NCBI GenBank assembly: GCA_965113315.1
Contig: OZ220372.1
Source: Podarcis vaucheri
Lineage: Eukaryota
Reading direction: 5' to 3' (one strand)
DNA: 64,000 nucleotides
A model generated the notes under the pieces. It worked only from the letters and a program-made list of their open reading frames with translations, did no database searches and had not been told where the DNA came from. Positions 35,952-50,611 of this stretch are shown here, one piece after another. A program made the position numbers and the translations under genes. Every line of letters starts with the position of its first letter. Position 1 is the first letter of the stretch.

Positions 35952-37471
35952 TCCCTTTGTGGAATTATATAGACCCTGTGCTGCTGGAGCCCTCCCTTTC
36001 AAATAGTAAATAAAACTAGGGATCAGGGCAATTAAAATTCCAAGGGTGTTTTGTGACCTGGCCAGATTCCAAGATGAATTATAGCTCTAAATGCTTTCTA
36101 AAGCTTTTAACAAGATAATAGTTTGGGGAGGGGAATCTTTTTGTACTGCATTGTGCTGCACTGTGTGACTGCTACCATTTGACATCCCAACAAGCAGCAA
36201 TAAATAAAAGTGTCCTCTGTAATATGAGAGCAGTTTTGAAATTGGTTATTTGCAGGCTTTGTGATATCTATATGGACAGTACGATCAAGAAGTCAAGGTG
36301 TTTGCGTGTGGTTAATATTCTTAGAATTCAATGTTAAGCAATCAAAATCCATGGTGCCTGGAACTGATATAGGTGAAATATGATTTTTCTGGTACAGTTT
36401 TGTTGTTCTGGCTGCGTATTTTATATTGTGTGTCAATCACTCTGTGGTTTTCTAAATTAAGAGCAGTACCAATCTAATAAATAAAATAGACCCCCATTGT
36501 CAAACGACTGGGGGTGGGGAGGATTCTGTATTGCAGCCTTGGCCAGCAGGTGATCTCCAGCTATTTAGGACTATAACTCCCATCAGGCTCAAGAAGCATT
36601 GGTGCCCTGGAGAGTTTGGTGAAGTCTGCTGTAGTGAGTAAAAAGAGAACATATTCTCTACTGCTTATGCAGAGGACATGGGATTGCCACACTTATAATT
36701 CAGAAGTGTATACTGCTAAACGGAATGTCACATAGGTTTTTTCTAATAAACACTTTGTAATGCATCTATGTTCTATGGGAAGGATATCTCTGGGGCTTAA
36801 ACCATCAATTGTTAGAGGCTGCAACTGAACCTCATCAGCTAACCGAAACCCTGACTATTTTCATATGTACTGTTTTTGAGTCTTCCTTCTGCTCTTAGGG
36901 TGTATATATGTCTGTCAGCAATGCAAATTAAAATGAACTTGTATATTTTGCAAAAAAATCTTAAACTAAAGCTTTTTTAAAAACATTTTAAAAAATGGAT
37001 TGATTTCAACCTTGCTGCCAGTTTTATGCCACACAGTAGATCTATTTTATCAGAAGTGCATTTTTAATCTCTCCCTCCTCCCTCGTAATTTGTTCTGTTG
37101 AGTTGTACATGTCTATTGTGTTATTAAACTCTCCCTTTGGTTATTATCAACATAATATTACATGTTATTTTTAAATTTATACCACCTTTCCTTCAAGAGC
37201 CTCAAGGCCACCTTGCATGGTGGAAGGGCAGGAGAATGAATAAATAAATTGCATGAAGAAGCCGTATGCTCCATTGATTTCCATGTAGATGGGCTGCACT
37301 TTCAAATGTTAAAAAACCACCTAAATTTTGCACATGAAGTAAAACTCAAGATACAGCAGGGATTCCTGTTTTCAGTGCTGACTTTCCCTCTCCAGGCTCC
37401 TCAGCCACAGGCTCAGGTAACACATGCACACTAAAGATATCCCAAAGCATTGTTGTAGAGCCCCCACTTTA

Positions 37472-37478
37472 ATCTATC

Positions 37479-37517
<39 letters not shown>

Positions 37518-37540
37518 ATCTCTATCATCTATCTATCTAT
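37472..37540. repeat. (TATC)n microsatellite
   Basis: Directly visible. Confidence 0.9.
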
Positions 37541-40500
37541 TTAGTTTTATTTATTAAATTTGTATATCACCCTTCATCCATAGATCTCAGGGCAGTTCAC
37601 AGTGTAAAATGCAATATAAAAAAATTAAATACATGACGAAAATAAAAACCACAAACTGATAAACCTCCCTCTCCCCCACCATCTTTATACATTTATATAA
37701 AAATGTGTACCTTGTTTGTTTGTTTTATCTCAAGGTGGTTTTGGGGGAAGTGTTAATTCACAGTTACATTTCTGGGATAGTGAAGGGGAAATTGTTTGTA
37801 AGCACTTCTGAACTGTCCTTGCCATCTCTAACCTATTTAACACTCACTTTAAAACAACTACAGCACTTTATACAGGGTGCCCTGGCCTCGATGTATCAAA
37901 TGTTCCTGCGGGCATCAACAGAAAGACCAAATCACATTATTATTTTTTAGAAAAGTAGTTATCATGAGGAGCACTGTCACTTTGATTTAATAGCATTTTG
38001 CCTAAAGGATTCCAGCATGGTTTGCCAACATATATTCAAAAGAGGCCATTAAGCTGCTCAGATGTCTGAAGCCCTAATAATGACAGTAATCTTAGTCCTA
38101 TCACTTTACTGGCAAGACACTGTCTCAAACTGTGTCAGTCATTTCTAGCATGTTTGTAGATACACTGCTGACCACAGGCATACGACGACTTCCAAATGGC
38201 AGCTGGTTTTTAGCAGAGGTCTTGTTTTGAATCATTTCCACACCTCCCGCCTCCCGATGGGAAGGAGCCACCAAAATATTTCAGTGCAGTAAATTTGTCA
38301 GCACAGATCTGAATATAATTTCTATGTAGGTGATAATAGGTCACTGTGGTCTGGAATGTTCTGGACAGATGCAAGTTGAATCTGCTTCAGGGTTGCTAAA
38401 CCATAATAAACACCAGTGTCCTTGGAAAGAAAGTGAAGTAGAATGCTCTCCACAATGCAGTTTAGGAAAAACTTTGCAAGGCAAAATATAATTACCACTG
38501 CAGGCATTTGGCCTTCCTAATGATCACTCCTCTCCACTCATCCCAGCCATGAAAACTGACTCTAGTTCTCATGACCGCAGGCGGTCAAGTGTCCTTATTT
38601 CTCTTCTGAATGAGAGAGACCACTTCCTAGCTTCCTTCTGTAGCCCTGATTCAGGTCTGACTCAGAGAGGAAGCTCAGGCACCAGTTAAGTCAACTACAT
38701 CATCACTTCCCCTACCGCCTCCTTAAGTTTAACTTGGCCACTTAGCAAGATCTTGACTTGAGGCAGCCAATTAAAGCAAGATAACAAAAGAGCAATGCAC
38801 AGTGATGGCAGAGTTGGTTGGGTTCTGTTGTTATTTTCTTTAATAATTGGGTCTTGGGTTGAACATCTCTCAAATGTAAAACCTTCACAGAATTGGCAAT
38901 GACTGTATAGTTTAAAAGTCTCTGTTTGGCCAGTGCTGACTACACGCTTACACAATTATCCCTGGCCTGGAAAAAGATCTAAACCACAATGGCTAAGTAT
39001 AGAGGTTTCTAAAATATCTTCATATATACAGTGCCTGAATACACAAACACAACCAGCCTCTCTTCTGCCTACAAGAGCAATATTTTCCATAGGATTCATA
39101 TTGACATAGGTTTTGCTCCTGCAGTCCTGCTTATCTACAAAAATAAAGCCTCTACCATTGCATGCCTGTCCTGAACCCCACATCATCTCTGTCTGAAACC
39201 CAATATAAGCAGTGGGTGGCTTCTGCCAACCCCATCTAAGGTGTAAAAACAAGCGCTTTCCTCCTCCCTGGTTCAGTAACTTTTAACAGGGGCTCATTTA
39301 AAGATAATATATAGTAGCTTCAAAACACCATAGTCTGAAAATACAAATAATGGGATTCACACATCAAGATTTCAGAGAATCAAAATGGAATTCATCAGAA
39401 ACAAATGTATCTCAGTGCTGCGGTTGATTGCAGGCTGAATGCAAGTCAGCAGTGTGATGTAGCTGCAAAATGAGCTAATGCTTTTCTGGACTGCATTAAG
39501 GATGGTAGTAAAGGTGATCAGGGATGTGGGAAAGAAGTTTTGTAAGGAAAAGCCGAAGGAATTGGGTATGTTGAGCCTGTAAAAAGAAGACCAAGGAAAA
39601 AGAAATGGGGGTATCTTGGTTTTGGTCAACTGAAAAATATGAAAACCTGGATTCTAAAGACCTGTTCTTTCAATTTTAAATAAGAACATGTTACTAGCCC
39701 CTCTTGTCTCCATTTGAAATGCTTGCAACTAAATGTCAAAATAGAAGAATCCTGTTGTAACTTTTTTCAGACTTTAAATTCAGTGGGTTGGATCCAGACT
39801 CATCCAGACTAAAGTTGAATTTATGTTCCATTGAAATTAATGGAACAGGTTTCAGTCCTGATGTAAGTCCTGTTGATTATGTTGGGATCTTATTGCAACT
39901 TACTTGGGCTGCAATCCTTGCCATGCCTACTCAGAAGTATGTCCCACTGAATTCAATGGTGCTTACTCTCAGCTAAGTAGGGTTAGAATTTCAGTCTAAG
40001 TCTAGATTCAACCCAATATATTTAAAATTAAGCATCTCTGTGAAAACATGCCTCCCCCCCCCCTTAATTTACTCCAGTTGCAGAATCTGGATGGTCTGAC
40101 TGCAACAACTTTTTAAACAACTTTTAAAAAATGCTGAATTCCAGACCTGGCAGGTTATATTTTGTAATGAAAACTGAGCTCCTTTAGACCTCTGCTACTT
40201 TCCTGCATGTTTAGTTCTGCGAAAGTACAGATAGGTCCTTTGAGGTTTGTTTGTGGTGAGACACACATCCCTAAGTGCATAACGTAATTCGGCTGGATCT
40301 TGGCCAAGGGTGGAGATGGCATATGATTAGATCTCTGGATAACTGTCAGAGACTGGAGTTAACCTGAGCGGTGAGTCCCTTAGCTGCAAACAAGCTCAAT
40401 CCTCCATTCACCTAGCAAGAGCTGTGCTGCGCATGAGCAGCTTTTGTGCCTGTATCGTTTCTCTTGCACTATGCCTTTTGCACAAATGGACACGTAACCT

Positions 40501-42575
40501 TTCCCAAAGCTTGTGGTTTTGCAAGCAGCACTTTGTGTGTGCATGTCTGAATGAGCGAGATGCATAACATACTGTATTAAGCACTGAGAATAGCATCTTG
40601 GCCCATCGGCAGTTCCCATACTGTGGGAGTGGTGATCTGAATTCAAGCCCAGGTTGTGTGCCTTAAGGAGCAACACCTGGGTTTATGCTTGAGTTGTGAG
40701 TTTTCCCACAGACGTAGGTGGTACTTGGATGTCTCTCCTCTCTGTGCTATTATGGTGCTTCCCTCAGGAATGCTATGGCCATGGGTTATAAATACTGGCA
40801 TCAAGTCAGGACAGGGGAAATCCACCCAGGTTTTGGATAATGAGGCCTTCTTCTCCCTCTTTGTGGGGCCTGCAGACATCTATGTATGTTTTTGTGGTTG
40901 ACAGAGCTCTGAATATGGGAACTTCTGTTTTCCTCAGTAAGGAGCAAGCCTGCTGTGAGCAATGGCTCACATAAATACAGTATTTATTTACTAATTTTTA
41001 CATTATTTATGGGGGAGATCTGAACTCTGCCTCAGCATCAGTCCCCATCTGTAATATCTAATAAATAATCAAACAAATCTAATAAATAAATAAGTTAAAA
41101 AATATTTAAAATGTGTTGGGGAGGGTGGGTTTATTGGCTGTTTTTTATTATTATGTATTTTTTGTTTTTATCTTATGATTTTATGTTGTAACCACCCTGA
41201 GACCTGCAGGTACAGGGCGGTATACAAATCTAACAAATCTTACAGGGTTGTGGTAAGGATTACAATTAGATAATACATGTGTAGTGTTTTGAACATTTGA
41301 AAGTGCTCCTATCATCATCATCATTCCTGTCTTCCTGACTATATTTTGTTGTCTCTTCCATTGTTGGCTTTTTTGTTATATCCGGTCATTATTCCACTTG
41401 ACCAACTAGCAAGCTGGATTCTGCAGAGTAAACACCATCAGGGTTTGAAAAGCCAGTAAACTTCAGAGCCAGCCTGATAACATTTTGGGGCTGGTTTGTT
41501 TTTTGCTAGTGACCGCAACCTTGGACTAGCCAGGCTCTACCTTGGCTCTCTGCCCATTTCCTTTCCCCATGACTTTATCTCCATGCCAAGAACAGCTGTA
41601 CCTGCTAAGTATTTGCATGTCAAGATGCTGTTAAAACTCCAGGAACAGGCCAGTTAAAAATCTGGCAACCCTGACTTCAGCCAGTGGCCTCTTTAAACTG
41701 GAGTTCTGACTTCTGTTCACTGGAGATAGAGAAGTGAGGCAGTTGAAGCTAGGAGGCTACATTTCTCAGCTGCAATGAAGGAGGGTTCTTGCTGAATCTG
41801 TTTAAAAGCAGCACAGATCAAAACACAAAGAGGGGATAGAAAGGGAGGAGAAGAGCACTAAGCGCCTCCCATTCTCTCCTGATAATCCTTTAAAAATAAT
41901 TGCAGCCCCAAACTTCTGGCCTCCAGCAAATTTTCCACTCCATTAGAGGCTTTTGTGAAACTGGGGAAAGAAACCCGCAGACTTGCATATTGTGGTGTTG
42001 CCTGAAACTTCCAGCTGGGATTTTTTTCCATCAAAAGGGGATTTTAGTAAAACCATTATAAGGGGCTTAGTCACAGAAAAGCATCTGAGCTGTGAGACAG
42101 GGGTAGATTAGCATCAATAGGCTTGTTTTTTGGCACTGCAGACAAGGGAAGCTGCACATGTGAATTCCCTATACTGTAGTGGGTTGCCTTCTTGCCAGGT
42201 GAGTGACTGGGGTTCACTGCCATGCATATCCTGCAATGGGAGGGAACTAAGAGTGTGATGGTTCAGACAGGTTTCCTGGTCATGGGACAGAAGCCATTCC
42301 CTTCTGGACCCTGTTTTAACGCCCTGAGTAAAAATAACAGGACACTTGCACCACACTGATATGTATATATTGCTGGGAATTTGAGTGCTTATTCAAATCA
42401 TGGGTAGGAATGTTAATTAATTGTTGAATTTAAACCATCCAAAATAAAGTTAGGTCTTCAATGGGAACACCAAGTCCCCTTCTAATGTTACCTATGCAGA
42501 TCAATAAAAAATTGCATAACACTTAGGGAAATTTGCAGTATGTTTTTTCTGTTGTTTTAATGCATGCCCTTCTAA

Positions 42576-42715
42576 AATGTGTTGGGGGCATTATTGGCTT
42601 CTTGTTGTTTTTATTTTGTTTAAATATTTTGTGGTTTTATATTCTGATTTTATTCTGTGAACTGCCCTGAGACCTGTGGGTATAGGGCGGTATATAAATT
42701 CAATAAAGAAATAAA
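42576..42715 (+). mobile_element. L2-type LINE 3' tail; second copy at ~41110-41230
   Basis: Shared ...ccctgagacctg.gggta.agggcggtata.aaat end in both copies. Confidence 0.5.
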
Positions 42716-43861
42716 ATGTGTGGGATTCTAGGCCTGGTGTTTTATGGTTAGTTTCTTTTAAAAAGAACCATAGCTCTGTGTCAATTTATATTTGGAAACT
42801 AGAGCAAAGGCTGCACTGGACGCTGTAAACAGCCATGAATGTCCAGTAATACTCTAGACTAGTCTCCCTTTAATGCTGATTCCCCTGAGATATAGAGCTA
42901 TAGCTGGATCTTCTGGAAGAAGAAACTAAATCAGATTTTACACCCAATTGCTACAAGGAAAGCACAACCACACAGTAAGGCACTTCCTGAGTTCCTGTTC
43001 CAGCAGTGCTCATGAGAATGTACTCTGTCATTTTGGAAATATGCTATTAAAGCATTTTATATATTTGGAGCTCTAAAGAAACTTGCTAGGCTTTTAGGCC
43101 ATTTCATGTTTTGGATAATGTAGGTTTGCCCAAGGTTAGGGAAAGTGTGGCCCTCCATGATGTTGTTGGACTACAGCTCCCATCATCCCTGACTGTTGCG
43201 TCTGGAGATTTATCTCTCTTTCTGGATAGTATTAACAAAACTTCACAAAGCTTTCATACATAGATTTACTGAAGATAATCAAGGCACATGTGGAAATATT
43301 ATTCACATTCCAATAGACTGTTCTGTGGCTCTGAATGAAGATGGTTAGAAGCTTTTTATGAAATTCTCTGTGGAGTTCTGTAAGGACAAAGTGAGTTCAC
43401 CCTTCTTCTTGAGTTTGCCATAACTAGACTGCCACAAGATTACAAAGAAGGAAGGGAGGTATTTCCCTGCTCTCTGGCAAAGTAGAATAAAAAGTAGAAT
43501 ATTGCTGTCCCTACATTTCCCAACCTGCCTTGGGGTCTAAAAAGGGGCAGCATTGTTATTCCTTCTATCTAATACTAATACACACATTTGCTATCACTAA
43601 ATAACTGAACTCTGTGGGGGCAGAACACTGACCACTGTCTGTGCTGGCTGGGGCTGATGGGTGTGGGTGTCCTACAACATCTGGAGGACCACAGATTCCC
43701 TCCCCCTGCTCTCACCTATGAATTATCATTTCTCAATAACAATTAGTCTTTGCCACAATGCGTTGTACTATTTTTGATGTAATATATTGTGGCTACCAAA
43801 TTATAGAAGCAGTTATAATGCCAGAAATCCTTTTATAGCCTTATGGCATTTTCCTTTAAGT

Positions 43862-43966
43862 CAGGGGTGGGGAACCTGTGGCTCTCCACACTACAGCTCC
43901 CATCATTCCAGGCTGTGTTACCCATGCTAGATGTGAGTCCCAACAGCATCTGGTTCCCCAGCCCTG
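43862..43966. mobile_element. Copy of the abundant ~140-bp palindromic hAT MITE (internally deleted)
   Basis: caggggtggggaacc ... ggttccccagccctg with degenerate 8-bp TSD ctttaagt/ttttaaat. Confidence 0.75.
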
Positions 43967-44837
43967 TTTTAAATTAACCTAGCTTCTCAGGTATGCACAT
44001 AGCTGAGCTGAACTGGTAATGTAGGCAGTGTGACTTTTATGCATGTGTGGCATAAAATAAAAGGTATGCTGTCTGAAAGCCCAGGGGATTAAAACCTTGC
44101 TGTAAGGAAAGCCAGCGTTTACATGCATTTGTCCCCCACTCCCGCTGGCAGAGGTTGAACCGGGAGGAGCCTGAGGTTTTCCTCTTTGGCAGCTAATCTC
44201 TTGCAGGTGTGGTTTACAGACATATGTATGAAAGGGAAATATGCCATCTTTGGTATTAGGAAGGCTGTGTTAGAGCAGCAAAATGTTAGGGTCCTGCATT
44301 CTGTTCCAGGCACTGCTTCAAACCATGTGACTTTAGGCTAGTCTCTCTGCTTCTCTGGCCCTTGTGCTTAGGATGGTGCTACCCTGCTTTGTAATGTGCT
44401 TTTAAAAGCCAGAAAGGGAAAGGATTAGATGGATAATACTAATGCATTGCTAAAGGCTATCCTCCTTGTAGTTCTGCTTTGTTGGAGAAGCTAGGTTAAA
44501 GGCACTTCAATGCTGCCTTCCCCAACTTGGTGCCCTCCAGATTTTTTGAACTAACTACATACAACTTTAGCAACTCCATCAGCCAGCATGGCCCATGGTC
44601 AAGAATGATGGAGGTCCAACATCTGAAGGGCACCCAGTTGCGGAAGGCTGCTTTAGTGACATTTGGTCACATGTCCTGTATACCAAACTGCAACCACAGT
44701 GGTGTTATCTGATCGTCATGTTAATGTTTTAGTGTAGCTGTTATGATATTCTAAACATGGTCAGAGGTAGTACAGTACTGTCTTCTTTAGTATCATGTCA
44801 CATGGTCTGTGACTGAGCATTGGTATTCAGCCAAGTT

Positions 44838-45882
44838 TTTTTTAATGTAATTTTATTAAAGATTTTCTTGATTTACAAAGGTACGTGCAATGTCTCTCTC
44901 TCATATTTTTTTCCATGTAACACTTTTAAAAAACCAAAAAACTAATTGGTTTAATTTGTTGAGACATTAGGAAGAATAGGGGAAAAGAGGTGGAGGGGGG
45001 GGAAACATGAGTGGGGGTGGGGTCGGGTGATGATGTTTCTATTTTACTTAATATATGTGGGGTTTTGTGTCACTGTTGCTTGTGCAGGTTCTTTGCTGTT
45101 CACTTGTGTTCCTCTGGTGGTGAGAGAGGTTGGGGTTGGCCTAGGGTGTGGCTGTTTATTTGTGGTTGGCTGTGGTGGTCTTTGTTTTCATGTGTGAGTG
45201 GGGTGTGTGTGTGTGTGTGTGTTGGATCAGGTTAGGCATATTGATTTGTATGCTGTTGGTGGATTTTTGTCATTGTCTTGTTGGGCTGTGTATGTGATAA
45301 AGGGGAGCCATACCGGGTGAAGGCGTCTTCTTCTATATGTCCCTGTGTCAGTTTCAGTTTATTGGTTAATTTTTCTAGTAAGGCTGTTTCCCATACTATT
45401 TGGTACCATTGGTCCATGCTTACTCCTGACAGGTCTATCCAGTGTCTGGTTATGATGTTTCTGGCTGCTGAGAGTAGGTGGGTTATGAGTTCTTTGTGGT
45501 TTAAGTGGGCATTGTTGTCTTGAAAGATGTTTAGTAGGGCCATTTCTGGGGTGATTTCTAATACTTGCTTGGTTATTTTACATATTTCTCGTATGACTGT
45601 TGTCCAGAATAGTTGGATTTTGGGACACTCCCACCACATGTGGAGGTATGTGCCTGTGGAGGGGCACCCTCTCCAGCATTTTGGTGAGGTTCCTAGGCGT
45701 ATTAGTGCTAGTTTTCTTGGTGTTAGGTACCACCCGTAGGTGATTTTCAGAGTGAGTTCTTTTCTTTTTGTTGATATGGATTTAAAGGGGGGTTTAGACC
45801 ACATTCTGGTCCATTGAGTGGGGTTAATCTCATAGCCTAGCCTATGTCATCCTCCCATTGTTTTTTTATTGTGTTTGTGGGA
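44838..45882 (-). mobile_element. L1-clade LINE 3' end (ORF2 C-terminal Cys-rich domain, 3' UTR, poly-A)
   Basis: WYLTPRKL...CWRGC...GTYLHMWWECPKIQLFW. AATAAA plus A-tail on the minus strand. 16-bp TSD ggtattcagccaagtt (44822-44837, 45883-45898) at a TT/AA target. Confidence 0.92.
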
Positions 45883-46580
45883 GGTATTCAGCCAAGTTAA
45901 GTGGTTTGCTCCCTCTTCTGTCTCTGACATCATAGGAACTACTTGGGACATGATTGGTATGGCTCAGTTTCCATGGAATGTTGTGTATAATTTCCTACAG
46001 TTGCTCCTAAAGGCACTTTAATTCTCATTTAAAGGAAGGAGCTTGATGTGGGTGGATTCCAAATGTGATTTTCCCCAGAGCTGAGGCAGTTTGTGTGTTT
46101 GTATGATGAGAAGTAACTTACGGGTCCAGTGTGGATACAGCATTGTTGTGTCCCTTGTAAATCAGAGTTTGTGAAGCCAGACATGATCACCCAGGTCTGC
46201 ATACTCTGCCCCTCACATATCAGCCTTAGTGTGGGAATCCTGTCTTGTTTTAAGCTAGTTTTCCATTACATCTGGAAATTCGAAGCTTTGGTTTCAGGTT
46301 GATTAACTAACCGGGATTTTATGTCAGGATCTGCTGTGTTTTTTGAAGCCAGCAATGTGTACATACAACCAGCGATAGGAACCCCGTGGCCTCTTGAAGT
46401 TGCTGTACTCCAACTCCCATCATTCCTGTTGTTACTTACTGGCTGAGCCAATGGGAGTTTGAGTCCTACAACATCTAATGGGCCACTGGTTTCCCAGCCC
46501 TGCTGCATGCTGTGCCCAGATGTGCACACATCAGATTTAGTCTACAACTTGAAGGTATTCTCAGAGACAAATGTTTATAC

Positions 46581-46716
46581 CAGGGATAGAGAATGCGTGG
46601 CCTTCTAGATGCTGTTGGACTCCAGCTCCCATCAGTCCCAACCAGCATGAACAAGTCAGGGATGATGGGAGCTGTAGTCTGACAGTGTCAGAAGGACCAC
46701 AGGTTCCCTAGTCCTG
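46581..46716. mobile_element. ~140-bp palindromic hAT MITE; other copies at ~3090-3195, 8236-8355, 9218-9354, 15200-15340, 31080-31210, 34906-35034, 44515-44650 and 46370-46502
   Basis: Core ctccagatgttgttggactacaactcccatca...tgatgggagttgtagtccaacaacatctggag. TSD gtttatac/gttcatac (46573-46580, 46717-46724). Confidence 0.8.
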
Positions 46717-47084
46717 GTTCATACAGTGAAAGCTCTTATAATTTTTTACCCGACAGGTCAGGGGTGAGGAACTGGCAATCCTTCACAACAATCAAAATCT
46801 GTAACCACTGAAGTATATTTATGAGATTTTATAAATATATTGCTTTTTAAAACCCTACAAATGATGCTCCTGAGGAATAAGAACAAGTACCCTAAAATGA
46901 TGCTGTTGCTTCCCTGCAAGAACTAGAAAAAGTGCGGTGTGATGGTGGCACGGGTTCACTCCAAGCCAGAAGCCTCTTTTTGGCTGTCATGCTTTAAAAG
47001 CCTAATGCTGCAATCATAGATATAGCTCGTCAGGATATAATAAATCACTATGCACTCAACGGGCTTAATTCTGAGTGGGCCTGG

Positions 47085-47850
47085 TTAGCCGGGCTGTTTT
47101 TACACGTGACGCCAAAAGCGCGTTTTAGTCTGGAATGAATCACTTGTGCGCCGCCAAAAAAAAAAAAAAAGTCGAGAGTGCCGTTAAAAACAAACAAACA
47201 AACAAACAAACAAACAAACAAACAAACAGAAAACGGTACATTCTCGCCAACGCGGGCTTTTACCACCTTCGAGAGAAACCTATTTCAGGCGTCACTTGTG
47301 AAACCGGGCCCCCAAGCCCGGCTTGTGTCGCCGGCCCCCAAACGGCGGGCAATGCTGCCGCCTACTGGCAAGGAAGGATCCCTGTAGCGGGGAGCTCGGT
47401 CTTCGCCAGCCGCGAGAGGGGCTGCTGGACGCTCCTTCTCTGGCTGCAAACCACGAGGCAGGGGGGCCAAAGCAGAGCGAGAAACGGGATGCTCGGCTGG
47501 CCTGCCGGGGAGGCTGGGCTAATACTTTCTCCGCTTCGCCCTGCTTTTGATCCTATTTCAGTTTAGTTCCTGTGCATATTGCGGCTGCCGCGGAGCGCTC
47601 CATGCCCGGGCTGCGCGCGCCTGCCGTGCAGAGCCCTCTCCTTTATAGGCTAGCGGACAATGGCATTCTCTCTCATTGTACGTAGCGCGGTTAAAGCGGT
47701 GCCTGGGGAGTTCTGCGCTGGCCCTGAACTCCGGGCAGTGATCGGGAAATTCAGAGGGAAGACTCGCGTTTCCCAAGTGGGTAGGTGTGTCTCCCGCGGC
47801 CTCATTGACGCAGGCTGTGTGAGACCAGAGACCAACGCAGACTTTATGGC
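47085..47850. promoter_or_regulatory. Second CpG island (candidate promoter) with E-box CACGTGAC at ~47103 and a minus-strand TATAAAG at 47641-47647; (AAAC)n at ~47188-47228
   Basis: High CpG density in non-repetitive sequence; motifs seen directly. Confidence 0.75.
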
Positions 47851-50611
47851 TTTAACACCAAGCCATCATTTCCCCCGCTTCTCCACCCACCCTTGCTTTG
47901 GTTTAACATGCAGCCTCAAGAATTAAAATAGCTTTCAGTTAATAATCTGCTTTTTAAATAAATCAGTTTAGCACATTACCCAAAATTCAATACAGTACAT
48001 GTGCCTTTTTGATACCCTGAAAGATGACTTAGAATTTAAAAAACCAAAAGCTTCAGTTTGTTATGCTGTAATGAAATGTCATGGAGACCCACCAAGTAAA
48101 AATTGACCATCATTGACAGAAATTGGCCCTGACTGATTACCGGTAATTAGCAGCAGCCCCAGTTATTTCTGTAAGACTTCCAGCATGCAAAAATGACCTA
48201 CAGTTTTAATCTCTAGCCTCAGAAACAACCTCATGAGATAAATCAAGGGGGTCAGAGGCCTTTTTTCACAGCCAGTAGAGGAAACACAACCCTTTATGCT
48301 CAGTGCTACACTACTCTTACTTCACATCCTGTGTTAGGGGTTACAGCTGCTGCTACTGCACAGAGAAGCCAAGAGGATATCTGGGGCACCAAAGCTTTTA
48401 GAGAACCACAGATTCTGAGAGATGGTAAAGGGGAGACTGGAGCACCCAGCTCTTGAAATGCAAGCAGCTGGGCAGGAACCAAGAGTTGTTCCACAGCACC
48501 TATTGCGAGAGCATAAGGCAGGGGGTTGCCAATCTGTATAGGCCAGCAGGCATATTTGGAATTCTGAGAAAGTACTGTGGGTGCTAGTCACTAAATGGTT
48601 GCTGGGATGTGTGTGTGACGAATAATAAATGGATGCCACATCTAAAAGAGCAGAAAAGAGGCAGGACTACAAGCAGCCACCCCATCAACGAAAAAGGCAA
48701 CTGCATCAGCCTGTGTCGCTCTGTCTCACACAGAGACAAGTTATTTGCACCTCTGTTCAGAACAGATGGGACGGAGGGTGTCCAATTCTGGCACCCAGTG
48801 AAATGTGGCCATGTTTAAGAGGGCTTGTTCAACATAGGAGAGGCTGGGCCAGTACAGACAGGAACTGCACAGGAAGAGCAAATGGTCTGATGATTTGTGG
48901 ATGGGGGTGGGCATTTTCTGTGCACCATACCTAAGGGCTGTTCTACCACCCATCTGACTAGATGAGTCTTTAGGTAATCAAACATATAAAGACCAGTTCC
49001 TGTGTTCTGTCATGCCTATCATTAGCAAGAGATAGAATCCATGGTGGAGACTGGCAGCTAGGAGGAGGCTTAATTTTAGAATGGCTTCCATTATATTATG
49101 TGTGGGCTAAAGCAAATGGTGTTGCAGTCAGTGGGACTTGTACTGCCTTCCCCAGCTGAAACACACTGAGAGCAATGTTTTCTGGAGATAGGACAGGACT
49201 TTTATTTTGTATTTCTTGTTAGAGTGAGGAACCTCAGGCTTGGGGGCCAAATGCAGCCCTGCAAACCTGTCCCTCAGAACTCTCTCAAGGCCACACTTTG
49301 CATTCCAAATGTTTTGCTTGATGGGAAATATATAAATGGGTCATTTCACTCTGTTAATGCCCTGTGCTTTTTCTCAATGGAGGACAGAGAGGGATGTGTG
49401 AAAATGTATAGAAACTAACCTATTGTATAAAGACAAAATGTTCGCGTGTTGCGCCACACACGTTTGTCTCCGGCCCCATCAACCACTGGCAGATGGCTCT
49501 CAGAAGAGAATATTGCCCTCAGGTTTAAAACGTTTCCCCATCCCAAGATTAGACAATTCCTCTTCTTCTTCTTCGGTGATCACTCGTAGCCAAGTAAGAT
49601 TGTCTTCCATAAACACGGTTTTAACAATGAGTCTGTAAGTGACTGTGGAGGCCAATTCTGGACCCACACATCCTTCCACAGTGGGGACATTGGTTCCTGG
49701 GCAGGAGTTGATCACAGTGTGGATTTGCCAAGTGTGCCTTTCTCTTAGTACATTTCTCCCTTGCATTCTGAGTTTGAGTGTCTTTAAAGTCCATGACATC
49801 TTTGGTAAAGGCTGTTCTCCAACTGGAGCGCTCACAGGCCAGTGTTTCCCAGTTGTCGGTGTTTATACTACATTTTTTTAGATTATGTGTATGTCACAAG
49901 TAGGTCTGTGTTTGCCTTGATCCTGCAAGCTGACTTGTTCCTCCCCTCCGGAAGAATATACTTTTAGGGAAGGGGAAAGTGGAGCTAGGGAGTTCTTCAG
50001 CAGAGCATTTTTCCCCCACCAGAGACAAGGGCTACCAGTCCTAGAATCTCCAGTGAGAAATAGACGCATTACGTACTATTTCTGCTGGAGATTCTAGAAC
50101 AGGTAGCCTCAGTCCTCACCAGGAAAGGACTCTCAGCTGAAAGAATTCTCCATTGCCGTTGCATTCTCCAAAGGTAATCTATTGGGCTGGGGGCAACCTG
50201 GAAAGCAGAAGCTGGTGGTGGGGGAGGTATGTGCATTGTGAGTTTCTTTGAGTCTCTTTTAAATGCTTGATTAGAACTTTCACAAAAGCCCAATTCCTAA
50301 GAGAGCAATGCTTGTGCGTTCCTAGCAAAATATGTTGGTCTGGATGGATGTTGCTATCTGCTTTGTCGGGAGAGTCTGGCTTTGGATATTTGTGACTGGA
50401 AATGGATTCTGAACTCTGCCCATGCACAGCTAATTATGGAAATAATAGAGAGTGAAGGGGTGTCATCCCAGAGTCTGGGCTGGGGTGCCTGGAAATACTT
50501 TATTTCCATTTATTGAGTGAAGCCAGCTGGTGCCCTGTGCGCATGTGCAATTATAAGAACTCCACAACAATTAGGCTCCGGCTTTTGAATGAGCGGCTCG
50601 GGGGCTGTAGT

